From IMG/VR virus record IMGVR_UViG_3300047564_005847: DNA of 20,000 bases, one strand, 5' to 3'. The position numbers were made by a program, and so were the translations under genes. Under the pieces are notes generated by a model, which saw only the letters and a list, made by a program, of their open reading frames with translations, was not told the origin of the DNA and did no database searches. Position 1 is the first letter of the stretch. Every line of letters begins with the position of its first letter. Origin of the DNA: an uncultured virus (IMG/VR IMGVR_UViG_3300047564_005847). Lineage: Duplodnaviria; Heunggongvirae; Uroviricota; Caudoviricetes. Positions 1 to 8,997 of this stretch are shown here, piece after piece.

Positions 1-1
1 A

Positions 2-1177
2 GGCTATGAAGGCACCAACGTCCCGGACGATTTTTCTATTCCTCCTGTTGGAATAGAGGATATCGATCGTGCAATTTTTACTCTATTTGACAAGAAGCTT
101 GCATTCGAGACAAAAGTCAATAATCAGACAACACGTGTTCCTGTCATCTTTGCGTCAGGTGAACGTTTTGCTCTGACACGTCGTGACAATCCGCTGCGTG
201 ACAAGAACAACACATTGATCTTACCACTGATCTCAATAAAACGCGGTGCTATTGGTCACAAGACACAGGCTGACGTCTTTGGCACGGCAATTAGTATTAG
301 ACAGACAGGCGACTACTACATAAAGAAGAAGCTGGATGTAGGCGATCGTGACTACCAGAAGCTGGTCAACAATCTCAATTTGATGAACCAGAAGGATGTT
401 GCGACAAGGAGCCACATCTCTGACACGTCAACAACACCAGGCACTCAAGCTGTTGAAGGCACAGTTGCGTCGCGTCGCCAAGGCCCACCTCTATCATTTA
501 GAAGCACGTCAAAATATACACCACTTTCTAATGATCTCACTAACAACATCTACGAGTTTATTACTGTACCTTATCCAAAGTTTGTAGGCATCACATACAA
601 CGTCATTTTTTGGACGCAGTACATGCAGCAGATGAACCAGCTGATCGAGACACTGATGATGAAGTTTAGTGGCCCATCACCCGAGTTTCTACTTGAGACC
701 GACAAGGGCTACACGTTCACTGCATTTGTGCAGAACACCTTCTCCAACTCAGACAACTTGGAAGAGTTCACAAACGATGAGCGTATCATAAAAGTAGGGT
801 TTGACATCAAGGTGCCAGGTTATATCATCGCTCCTGAGCACCCAGGTCTGCCCTCACCATTCAGAAGATTTATCAGTGCGCCTCAGATCAACTTTGAGAT
901 ATGGGAGCAGAATGCACAGCTTGTCAACGAAGTGCAAGGCAATAAGACAAAAGACAACATTGATAAGTTTACACTAACAGATGTAGAAGTTCTCAATAAG
1001 AATGGTCAGCAAGTTGAGAACAGAGGGGCAGAGCCGCTTCGTGTCATCGAGAACGTCACTAATCCCTTCTCAGGTCAGCAGCAGCCTAAATACCTAAAGG
1101 TGACGTCAAGAGTTGCAAAAGCAGGTGAAACAATACTTACGGCGCAGAAGATCCGTAAGATAGATACTCTCGACTGA
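2..1177 (+). CDS. Tail terminator / tail sheath stabiliser and completion protein (T4 gp15-like), 5' end lies outside the window
   Basis: The frame of track ORF 215..1177 is open back to position 2 (GYEGTNVPDDFSIPPVGIEDIDRAIFTLFDKK...RVPVIFASGERFALTRRDNPLRDKNNTLILPLISIKR). The VPVIFASGER...LPLISIKR and VPYPKFVGITYNVIFWTQYMQQMNQLIE segments resemble gp15-type proteins, and the gene sits immediately upstream of the sheath. Confidence 0.7.
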   Translation, partial: GYEGTNVPDDFSIPPVGIEDIDRAIFTLFDKKLAFETKVNNQTTRVPVIFASGERFALTRRDNPLRDKNNTLILPLISIKRGAIGHKTQADVFGTAISIRQTGDYYIKKKLDVGDRDYQKLVNNLNLMNQKDVATRSHISDTSTTPGTQAVEGTVASRRQGPPLSFRSTSKYTPLSNDLTNNIYEFITVPYPKFVGITYNVIFWTQYMQQMNQLIETLMMKFSGPSPEFLLETDKGYTFTAFVQNTFSNSDNLEEFTNDERIIKVGFDIKVPGYIIAPEHPGLPSPFRRFISAPQINFEIWEQNAQLVNEVQGNKTKDNIDKFTLTDVEVLNKNGQQVENRGAEPLRVIENVTNPFSGQQQPKYLKVTSRVAKAGETILTAQKIRKIDTLD

Positions 1178-1196
1178 GCATTTAGAAGTTTGACAG

Positions 1197-1204
1197 GATA
1201 GTTA
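1197..1204 (+). promoter_or_regulatory. GATAGTTA motif, copy 1 (candidate late promoter)
   Basis: Exact octamer in the short intergenic gap upstream of sheath 1; identical copies at 4350 and 7352. Confidence 0.6.
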
Positions 1205-1230
1205 TATTCGGCTTTGAAGTCGGAGTAATG

Positions 1231-4200
1231 ATGGCAGAGACAACTTTTAGGTCGCCTGGGTTCTTTGAGCAAGAGATTGATTTATCATCTCCCGCAACAC
1301 CAGGTGTATCGGGCGTTCCAGTCGGTGTGATTGGAACAGCAGAAATCGGCCCTGCGTTCGTCCCAGTGACGGTGGGCAATGCAGCACAGCTTCAGCAAGT
1401 TTTTGGCGCTCCCCGCGCATCTGACGTAGGCCTACAGGGGGCCAGTCAGTACCTACAGAACGGCACAGCGCTTACATTCGTCAGAGTGCTTGGATGCGGC
1501 GCGAACTCAACAACATCGGATTTTTCAACAACTACAACACAGGGAACGGTTAAGAACGCGGGCTTCTTCATCAAGGGAACGACCCCCGCAGTTGGCACAG
1601 ATGCACGCCACAAAGGTGCGGTTCAATACATCACGGCAAAACACTGGGTGTCAGCATCAGCAGATGTGGGTTACCCAATCTTTACAGATAACAACAGCTT
1701 CAGCGTCGCATCTGGCGACAGCTTTGTCAATTTAGTTCGCGGTATGGTGCTGCTTGCATCGGGCACGCGCCTGCAGGTTCTTGACTACAATCAAAACTAT
1801 TCTGTTGCAAACACAGTTGATGATAACGCGACAATTGACGGCACACTAAGCAGCAATCTCTATAGAAAGTTCAAGCTTGTCATCTCTAGCTCCTCACCCT
1901 CATTCTCTACAGGTGACGGTCAGACAGGCATCAGGATCTTGACAGCATCTCTCGATCCTGCTGATACAGCCTACATTGGCAACATACTCAACACTGATCC
2001 GGCGCGTTTTGAGGCAGAAGAGCATCTACTTTACGCCGATTTCCCCGTCGAGGCTGAGGTTGCAATCACATCGACTGACAGTGGTGCTGTTGCAGTCCTG
2101 TCGGGATCTGCAAACACATCAGCTGCGTCAGGTGACACCTCACAAACCTTTAGAGACGCTTTTGGTCGATTTGATACCCGGTATTCATCAGCAAAGACGA
2201 CATACTTCATCTCACAGCCTTATGGCTCAAGTGAATATGATCTCTTCTACTTTGAAACTCTGAATGATGGTGCAAACACATCACAGAAGTACAAGGTATC
2301 AATCAGCACACTCGCTAAGTCAAGTGATCCTGCAAATCCATACGGAACGTTTACAGTTCAGGTTCGTGATTTCTACGACACTGATAAAAATCCTGTCATC
2401 CTTGAGCAGTATCCTAACTGCACACTCGATCCTAACGACGATGACTATGTTGCGAAGCGCATCGGTGATCAAAAGTCATTCTTTAGTTTTGATGCACTCT
2501 CAGCTGAAGAGCGCAAGTCTTACACATCGGGAACAAGAACAAATGTGTCAAGTCGTGTAAGAGTTGTCATGCACCCAGACGTCGAAGCAAAGCGTGTACC
2601 ATCTGATGCACTGCCATTCGGCTTTAGAGGCTTGCCAGTTGCCAAGACAACAGACACACTCACTGATGGAACGACTGGTTTAAGCGGCTTTGGTATAAAC
2701 ACAGCCCGCCGTCTTGCTGGCGTCTTCGGTACAGCAGGCCTTGAGGCACACACAGGATCAATTCTTCCACCCGTCCCTCTGCGTTTCAAGGTGACAACAA
2801 ATGCAGTTGATGCTGCAGGTGGTTATGTTGGCAAACCTGGTGCGCTGGAGATCACAGATGCCTCGTACTACTGGGGCATCAAGTCAGAGGCACTTCCCCT
2901 GACATCTAGCGTCTCTAACGCAATCTTGCGTTCTAATGACAGCTCGCTGTTCAATCCTTTGCTCACTTCCTACAGTAAGCTGCTTGGAATTCAGAAGCTT
3001 GATGTCCTGGTCACGGGATCATCAGCGGACGCATTCTCGAATAACAAGTTTACATTGGCTCGAGTCGCACTCAATAATTCGCTTGGCGGCCGCACACTCG
3101 TAAATGCCCTTGCAGATATCACAGGAACGGCAGAGCAGCACATGCTGGAGACAGCTTACATACGCAACGGTGTTGTTAATCCAACAAACTACACGGTTCA
3201 ACCTGCAACTGAGGGTAACAGGTTGACATTTGCGTCGCTGTACGCAGTGACTTCATCCATCTACTTCAACAAGTTCACAAACTACGCAAAGTTCACCAAC
3301 ATCTTCACAGGTGGGTTTGACGGCCTCAATATCCTCGATCCCGACATGAGCAAGATGAACGACCGCTCAACGTCGTCAGAGACAGGTGGCAAGGCAGTTG
3401 CTGTGGTCGATATCGGCCTTAACACTGCGTACACACCCGGTGCAGGTGTCAACAACAGTATTGTGACAGCTTACAGAACGTCGGCAGAGATCCTCACCAA
3501 CCGGTACGCGTCTAATGTCAGCGTAATTGCTGCACCTGGCATACGTGATGCTGCAGTTACTAACTACGTCTCAACACTTGTGCAGAACTACGGATTTGCT
3601 CTCTACCTGATGGACATCCCAGGTTATGATTACAATGGCGTTAGATTGTTTGACGGTGGATCTGAGCACCCCGATGTCCAGCAGACAGGAAACAAGTTTA
3701 CATCACGCAAGCTGAATAACAACTTCGTTGCGGTTTACTTCCCAGACATCACGATGCAAGATCAAGGTGGCACATCACGCAAAGTCAAGGTGCCTTCATC
3801 AGTTGCAGCTCTTGCTGCCATAGGTTACAACGATGCCGTGTCACATCCCTGGTACGCACCTGCAGGTTTCAATCGCGGCGCGCTCAACTTCGTCACATCG
3901 ACAGCGGTGCGTCTCAACTCTGCAGATCGTGACTTCCTGTACGACAACAGGATCAACCCAATCACATCATTCCCAGGAACGGGTTATGTCATCTTCGGAC
4001 AGAAGACACTGCAAGTTGGAAAATCTGCGCTTGATCGCGTCAATGTGCGTCGCCTCGTGAATGAAGTGAAGCGCGTCGTCAGCAATATTGCTAGCACGTT
4101 CTTGTTTGAGCAGAACAACGCAGCAACGCGGGCAGCTTTTGTGTCACAGGTTAATCCTGCACTGGCACTTGTCCAGGCACAGCAGGGCATCGAAGGCTTC

Positions 4201-4347
4201 CGTGTTATCGTTGATGACACCAACAACACACAGACAGATGTGATCGCAAATCGTCTGAATGGACGGGTCATCATCATACCCACACGCGCCGTCGAGTTCA
4301 TCTCGATCGACTTCATTGTGACAGATAACGGCGCGAGCTTCGTGTAA
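1231..4347 (+). CDS. Contractile tail sheath protein, paralogue 1 (gp18-like, ~1038 aa)
   Basis: N-terminal SPGFFEQEIDLS...GVIGTAEIGPAFVPVTV and C-terminal PWYAPAGFNRG, LYDNRINPI, IFGQKTL, SALDRVNVRRL, FLFEQN, PTRAVEFISIDF are typical sheath motifs. GGAG at 1222-1225 favours the ATG at 1231 over 1228. Confidence 0.95.
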   Translation: MAETTFRSPGFFEQEIDLSSPATPGVSGVPVGVIGTAEIGPAFVPVTVGNAAQLQQVFGAPRASDVGLQGASQYLQNGTALTFVRVLGCGANSTTSDFSTTTTQGTVKNAGFFIKGTTPAVGTDARHKGAVQYITAKHWVSASADVGYPIFTDNNSFSVASGDSFVNLVRGMVLLASGTRLQVLDYNQNYSVANTVDDNATIDGTLSSNLYRKFKLVISSSSPSFSTGDGQTGIRILTASLDPADTAYIGNILNTDPARFEAEEHLLYADFPVEAEVAITSTDSGAVAVLSGSANTSAASGDTSQTFRDAFGRFDTRYSSAKTTYFISQPYGSSEYDLFYFETLNDGANTSQKYKVSISTLAKSSDPANPYGTFTVQVRDFYDTDKNPVILEQYPNCTLDPNDDDYVAKRIGDQKSFFSFDALSAEERKSYTSGTRTNVSSRVRVVMHPDVEAKRVPSDALPFGFRGLPVAKTTDTLTDGTTGLSGFGINTARRLAGVFGTAGLEAHTGSILPPVPLRFKVTTNAVDAAGGYVGKPGALEITDASYYWGIKSEALPLTSSVSNAILRSNDSSLFNPLLTSYSKLLGIQKLDVLVTGSSADAFSNNKFTLARVALNNSLGGRTLVNALADITGTAEQHMLETAYIRNGVVNPTNYTVQPATEGNRLTFASLYAVTSSIYFNKFTNYAKFTNIFTGGFDGLNILDPDMSKMNDRSTSSETGGKAVAVVDIGLNTAYTPGAGVNNSIVTAYRTSAEILTNRYASNVSVIAAPGIRDAAVTNYVSTLVQNYGFALYLMDIPGYDYNGVRLFDGGSEHPDVQQTGNKFTSRKLNNNFVAVYFPDITMQDQGGTSRKVKVPSSVAALAAIGYNDAVSHPWYAPAGFNRGALNFVTSTAVRLNSADRDFLYDNRINPITSFPGTGYVIFGQKTLQVGKSALDRVNVRRLVNEVKRVVSNIASTFLFEQNNAATRAAFVSQVNPALALVQAQQGIEGFRVIVDDTNNTQTDVIANRLNGRVIIIPTRAVEFISIDFIVTDNGASFV

Positions 4348-4349
4348 TT

Positions 4350-4357
4350 GATAGTTA
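4350..4357 (+). promoter_or_regulatory. GATAGTTA motif, copy 2 (candidate late promoter)
   Basis: Exact octamer in the 32-nt gap between the two sheath genes, followed by RBS-like GAGAGG at 4365-4370. Confidence 0.6.
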
Positions 4358-4379
4358 GGAATAAGAGAGGTTTAACGAA

Positions 4380-7349
4380 ATGATCCCAGGCGTATACTCC
4401 GGCGAAGTTGACCTAACGGGCGTGACTTCAACACCCCCGTCAGGCCCATCTGCAGGTATCATCGGTACGGCACAGTCAGGTCCAGCGTTCGTTCCTGTTG
4501 CTGTAGGATCCGTATCTGACTTCAACCGTGTCTTTGGCGACGCAACAAGCACAAATTTTGGTGCTCTCGCAGGGCAGCAGTACTTTGCCAATGCCGCCTC
4601 TCCCGCCTCAGTCACGTTCCTGCGCACTCTGGGCGCCGGCGATGGCCTCAAGAGAAGCACATCAACAGGTCAAGTGACGAATGCAGGTTTTGTTGTAGGT
4701 AGTAAGCAGGTTCAAAGCAACGGCGCAGTTAGCAGAAATATCTCTGCTGTCGATGGTGGCGTCCCAGGCCGGACGTACTTCCTTGGTTGCTACATGTCAG
4801 AGAGTGCGGGCAGCACAGTCTTCTCTGATGCGGGTATCCAGACAAGCCCTAAAGCACATCCTATACTTCGTGCCGTCGTTCTCGCACCATCAGGTGTAAC
4901 ACTCACATTATCAGGTAATTTTAATACTTCTAATGCACCCGCTTCAACTGCTGCAACGGCGGGCGGCCCAAATGGTGCGCTGACGGGATCAGTCAGCATC
5001 GGCGACTCAACGTTCGTAATGCTTCTAAATGGCTACACGGGCACAGTCAATACTATCACAGCGTCGTTTGATCCTGCAAATTCTAATCACTTTGCCTCCA
5101 ATGCCAGCATCAACCGCGATCCTACAAAGATCGAGGAGAAGGGACACTACCTCTACACTTACTATGATGTTCCTGCGTCACTTGCAGTTGTGACAGGATC
5201 AGGTATCCTTGACGCAGCATCTGCACGTATCTTTGCAGGACTTGAGGACGCGGCATTCATTACGACAGGCAGCCTCACAAGAGACACAAGCTCTGCAACA
5301 ACACCCAACTACGAGAACTTTAGCGAGCGGTTTACACACCCCAAGACACCCTTCGTTGTCTCACAAGATTTTGGTGGAACAAAGTACGATCTCTTCAGGA
5401 TACACACACTTGGCGACGGTGCTTACAATAACACGCGCTTTGTGTTCAACATCCAGAACATCGTTCCAGGTGTAGACAACGACACGTACGGAACGTTTGA
5501 TCTCGTGCTCTACAGCTATCCTGTAGGTCAGGTGTTCAACCTCACACCGGTCGCAGGCGTCGACTTCTCTGGATTGACGCTTGATCCCGACTCACCCAAC
5601 TACATTGCACTTCGCATCGGTGACCAGAACACGTACTTCGACTTCGACAAGGGTATCACATCCCAGAAGATCGTCACAGATGGTGACTATCCAGTCATCA
5701 ATCCCTACATTCGCGTTGAGATGTCTGACCAGTTCCTCGCAGGCGAAGTTCCAGTCGCAGCTCTCCCCATTGGACACAGAGGCTACGGACACTTAGTCAC
5801 ATCAGGTAGCGCACTGCTCACAAATCTCTCTGACACCGCCCGCTTTGCATCAGGTCAGACAGACGTCCTCAAGCGCGTCATTGAGCCACCCATCCCATAC
5901 CGTAGAAACATCTCAAACGGTGGCGTGGTGGATACATCTCTGGCATGGGGCATCCAGTTCACAGACGTGCCAAGCGTCTCTGACTTTAACTCAACAACAG
6001 CTAAGCTGTCCTACATTGACAGTCACACGAAGTTCTTCCCATCATTTGCTCCCGCAAACATGAACGTCTTCGTTGACAACAATCCCGGCGCAGCAACGAC
6101 AAATGGTAACGTCCTCGATGTCGACGTCTTCAACAGCAACTTCTTCTCGCTTGAGAGGATAAAAGTTGTGACAGGATCGTCAGCAATCAACAATCGCGCT
6201 GATAGCTCACAGTGGGCGAATGCAACATACGTCAGAAACGGTAACATCTCTCCTGATGCTGCAGCAAAGACACGTGCTTTCCAGGTAGACGACCTCCGAG
6301 AGACGGGCAACAGGCAGTTTGCATCGTTCCTGTTCATCGCCCAGGGTGGCTTCGACGGCACCAACATCTTCAATGCTGACAAGGCAGCACTCACAAACGA
6401 CGCCGTCAAGAGAGAGATCGACGACACAGCAGGTCAGGGTGGAACCGCAGGGCCCACTGTGGCAGCCTACCGCAAGGCAGTCGACATCATGGGCAGCAAG
6501 GATGACGCTGACATCACACTCCTGACAATTCCAGGCATCAGAAACAGTGTCATCACTGACTACGCGATCAGCGCAGTCGAGAACCGCTTTGACACACTCT
6601 ACTTGATGGACATCGAGGAGCGTGACAGCTACAACGTCGTCCTGACAGGCTCTTATGACGGTGCCACAGTGAGCATCACAAATACGATCAACGCCTTCAG
6701 CAATCGTGGGCTCAACACATCGTTTGCAGCAGCATACTTCCCTGACATCAACATTCCTTTCCAGGGATCAACCACACGCGTCCCACCCAGCGTCGGCGTC
6801 TTGGGTGCATTTGCTTACAACGACCGCGTATCATATCCCTGGTTCGCGCCCGCTGGAGCAAATCGCGGTGTCATCACGACAGTCGGTTCAGCTGCGACCC
6901 AGATCAAGCAGGGCACACTCGCTGACTCGATCTACGACGCACACATCAACCCCATCCTCGACATCACGGCCAACTCCGATCGCAAGCTGGTGATCTACGG
7001 ACAGCGGACACTGCTCGCAAAGGCATCTGCTCTCGACCGCGTCAACGTTCGTCGTCTGCTTATCACACTCCGCCGTCAAGTTCGCGCTGTGTCCAATCAG
7101 ATCATCTTCGAGCCCAACACAGCAGCAACGCTGGAGCGCTTCAACAGCCTCGTCAACCCCATCCTTGCATCGATCCGCGCGAAGGGGGGCCTCGACCGCT
7201 ACAAGGTTGTGATCGACTCGACAACCACGACTCAGGCCGACATCAACAACAACACGATCCGTGGCAAGATCTTCATCCAACCTACCCGCAGCATCGAGTT
7301 CATCGCACTTAGCTTTGAACTTACCAATGCAGGCGTTACACTCACTTGA
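4380..7349 (+). CDS. Contractile tail sheath protein, paralogue 2 (gp18-like, 989 aa)
   Basis: PGVYSGEVDLT...GIIGTAQSGPAFVPV at the N-terminus; PWFAPAGANRG, INPI, YGQRTL, SALDRVNVRRL, IFEPN, PTRSIEFIALSF at the C-terminus; collinear with paralogue 1. Confidence 0.95.
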   Translation: MIPGVYSGEVDLTGVTSTPPSGPSAGIIGTAQSGPAFVPVAVGSVSDFNRVFGDATSTNFGALAGQQYFANAASPASVTFLRTLGAGDGLKRSTSTGQVTNAGFVVGSKQVQSNGAVSRNISAVDGGVPGRTYFLGCYMSESAGSTVFSDAGIQTSPKAHPILRAVVLAPSGVTLTLSGNFNTSNAPASTAATAGGPNGALTGSVSIGDSTFVMLLNGYTGTVNTITASFDPANSNHFASNASINRDPTKIEEKGHYLYTYYDVPASLAVVTGSGILDAASARIFAGLEDAAFITTGSLTRDTSSATTPNYENFSERFTHPKTPFVVSQDFGGTKYDLFRIHTLGDGAYNNTRFVFNIQNIVPGVDNDTYGTFDLVLYSYPVGQVFNLTPVAGVDFSGLTLDPDSPNYIALRIGDQNTYFDFDKGITSQKIVTDGDYPVINPYIRVEMSDQFLAGEVPVAALPIGHRGYGHLVTSGSALLTNLSDTARFASGQTDVLKRVIEPPIPYRRNISNGGVVDTSLAWGIQFTDVPSVSDFNSTTAKLSYIDSHTKFFPSFAPANMNVFVDNNPGAATTNGNVLDVDVFNSNFFSLERIKVVTGSSAINNRADSSQWANATYVRNGNISPDAAAKTRAFQVDDLRETGNRQFASFLFIAQGGFDGTNIFNADKAALTNDAVKREIDDTAGQGGTAGPTVAAYRKAVDIMGSKDDADITLLTIPGIRNSVITDYAISAVENRFDTLYLMDIEERDSYNVVLTGSYDGATVSITNTINAFSNRGLNTSFAAAYFPDINIPFQGSTTRVPPSVGVLGAFAYNDRVSYPWFAPAGANRGVITTVGSAATQIKQGTLADSIYDAHINPILDITANSDRKLVIYGQRTLLAKASALDRVNVRRLLITLRRQVRAVSNQIIFEPNTAATLERFNSLVNPILASIRAKGGLDRYKVVIDSTTTTQADINNNTIRGKIFIQPTRSIEFIALSFELTNAGVTLT

Positions 7350-7351
7350 TA

Positions 7352-7359
7352 GATAGTTA
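7352..7359 (+). promoter_or_regulatory. GATAGTTA motif, copy 3 (candidate late promoter)
   Basis: Exact octamer in the 28-nt gap before the tube gene, followed by RBS AGGAGA at 7365-7370. Confidence 0.6.
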
Positions 7360-7377
7360 AAGACAGGAGAATTTAAT

Positions 7378-7866
7378 ATGGCAGAGACACTCTCAGTCAC
7401 CGACATGCTTCCCAATAAGTTTGAGCCGAAACGTTCCCACCGTTGGGTTTTCGCACTCGAGGGTATCGACTCATATCTTATCTCAAAAGCAGCGCGTCCA
7501 ACTATTTCAAACTCTGAAAAGACAATTCCCTGGATTAACAGCACACGCTACCTTGCAGGTAAGTTCACATTCGGTGATCTGGCAATTGAGCTTCACGACC
7601 CCATTGCTCCGTCGGGTGCCCAGCAGGTCATGGAGTGGATCCGCACACACCAGGAGATGGTGAGCGGCCGTGCAGGCTACGCTGACTTCTACAAGCGTGA
7701 CTGCCAGCTCAAGATGCTCGATCCTGTCGGAACTGTTGTTGAGCTTTGGGATATCAAGGGTGCGTTCATCAAGTCAGCAACGTATAACGGCGTTGACTAC
7801 GGATCAGATGAAATTATGAAGATTGCGCTCACTCTGAAGTTTGATAACTGTGTGTTACAGTTTTGA
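7378..7866 (+). CDS. Tail tube protein (T4 gp19-like)
   Basis: 162 aa, directly after the sheath genes, with a strong RBS. Motifs FEPKRSHRW, AARP, YLAGK, QQVMEW, YKRD, LDPVGTVVELWDIKGAFI and LTLKFD match gp19-family tubes. Confidence 0.92.
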   Translation: MAETLSVTDMLPNKFEPKRSHRWVFALEGIDSYLISKAARPTISNSEKTIPWINSTRYLAGKFTFGDLAIELHDPIAPSGAQQVMEWIRTHQEMVSGRAGYADFYKRDCQLKMLDPVGTVVELWDIKGAFIKSATYNGVDYGSDEIMKIALTLKFDNCVLQF

Positions 7867-7886
7867 TCTTTCTCATTTAACAGTTG

Positions 7887-7925
7887 AAGCTCCCATCTAT
7901 ATTTTTAGTTGGGAGCTTTTATTTT
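7887..7925 (+). terminator. Rho-independent terminator-like hairpin after the tube gene
   Basis: Perfect 9-bp inverted repeat AAGCTCCCA (7887-7895) / TGGGAGCTT (7910-7918), with an extra CTA/TAG pairing inside the loop, followed by TTATTTT. Confidence 0.75.
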
Positions 7926-8781
7926 GGCACGCAAGAACGATATTTTTACAGCAAGTCAGGCGACACAGAAGACAGCTTCTCCCGTTGAAGGTGTCATGCG
8001 TCAAGATCCAATGAAGGAATTTGGCTGGGAAGTTCCCTATGAGATTGCGCCACTTCCTTCACGAGGCCTTGTCTACGACAAGAATAGCCCATTGCACAAC
8101 AAAGAAAGTATCAGCATCAAGGCAATGACTGCCAAGGAAGAAGACATTCTTCTTTCTCGTGCGTTCTCTAAGGCGGGAACAACAGTATCAGAATTGCTTC
8201 GCTCGTGTATTTCTGAGCAAGGCGTCGATGCATCTCATCTCCTGTCAGGAGATCGGCAGTCGATCCTCGTTGCCATACGAATTACTGGGTACGGATCGAG
8301 CTATGATGCCGAGGTCATCTGCCCAGCTTGCGTCAGTCGAGTGAAAAATCAGTTTGATCTGTCAGCTTTGACGCTTCATCCACTTGAGATCGAGCCTAAG
8401 ATGCCAGGCATCAATGAGTTTGAGTTTGTCTTACCTGTGACAAAGAAGCGTGTCATCTTCAAGTTCTTGACTGGGCGTGATGAGGAAGAGCTTAGCGTTC
8501 TAACAGAGCGCCGCCGCAAGCTCCTCGGCGACGCTGCAGAAAATCCTGTCACAACAAAGCTTTCCCACCAGATCATCTCAATCGAAGGCATCACAGACAA
8601 GAATAAGATTAGCACATTCGTCACGAACATGCCTGCAGCTGACAGCCGAGCACTCAGGAACTACATCGAGAAGAATGAGCCCGGCATCGACATGAATGTG
8701 CAGATGACATGCCCAAGCTGCAGCGCAGAGAGCGAGGTGGGCCTGCCAATCGGCCCATCCTTTTTTTGGCCTAAATCCTGA
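7924..8781 (+). CDS. Baseplate hub / tail assembly chaperone (T4 gp26-like) with two CxxC motifs
   Basis: LPSRGLVY, IKAMTAKEEDIL, LLSGDRQSILVAIRITGYG..Y, CPAC, LPVTKK.V.FKFLTG.DE, DSRALR.YI...EPGID, CPSC, FFWP. It lies between the tube and tape measure genes. The TTG at 7924, 8 nt after GGAG, is preferred to the track's 7909. Confidence 0.75.
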   Translation: MARKNDIFTASQATQKTASPVEGVMRQDPMKEFGWEVPYEIAPLPSRGLVYDKNSPLHNKESISIKAMTAKEEDILLSRAFSKAGTTVSELLRSCISEQGVDASHLLSGDRQSILVAIRITGYGSSYDAEVICPACVSRVKNQFDLSALTLHPLEIEPKMPGINEFEFVLPVTKKRVIFKFLTGRDEEELSVLTERRRKLLGDAAENPVTTKLSHQIISIEGITDKNKISTFVTNMPAADSRALRNYIEKNEPGIDMNVQMTCPSCSAESEVGLPIGPSFFWPKS

Positions 8782-8794
8782 GCACCGCGAAGTG

Positions 8795-8968
8795 ATGCTC
8801 GAGGAAGCTTTCATCCTCGGGATGCACATGCACATGTCGTACGACACCGTCTATCACCTGCCAGTTCGTTATCGACGCTGGTTCATTGAGCGCCTGATCA
8901 AGTACAACACACCCAAGCGTGCATCTGCCATGGAAGATGTCGATACACCGCTCGTGAAAACGACGTAG
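8795..8968 (+). CDS. Short baseplate/tail assembly protein (T4 gp51-like); possibly made as a frameshift extension of the upstream gene
   Basis: Not in the ORF track (57 aa): MLEEAFILGMHMHMSYDTVYHLPVRYRRWFIERLIKYNTPKRASAMEDVDTPLVKTT*. It fills the gap before the tape measure gene. The Y.LPV..RRWFI.RL motif resembles chaperone C-terminal/gp51-type segments, and the frame is open back through the T7 run at 8761-8767. Confidence 0.7.
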   Translation: MLEEAFILGMHMHMSYDTVYHLPVRYRRWFIERLIKYNTPKRASAMEDVDTPLVKTT

Positions 8969-8997
8969 TCGAATACATAAACATAAGAGTGTGAGTT

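Noticed and set aside
6888..7544. 218-aa minus-strand ORF, and the other short alternative-frame and antisense ORFs in the track
   Set aside because: They lie over well-supported plus-strand genes, have no motifs, and are the expected shadows of biased codon usage.
8822..8836. ATGCAC tandem repeat (ATGCACATGCACATG)
   Set aside because: It is only 2.5 units, encoding MHMHM within the short ORF, and is too short to be meaningful.
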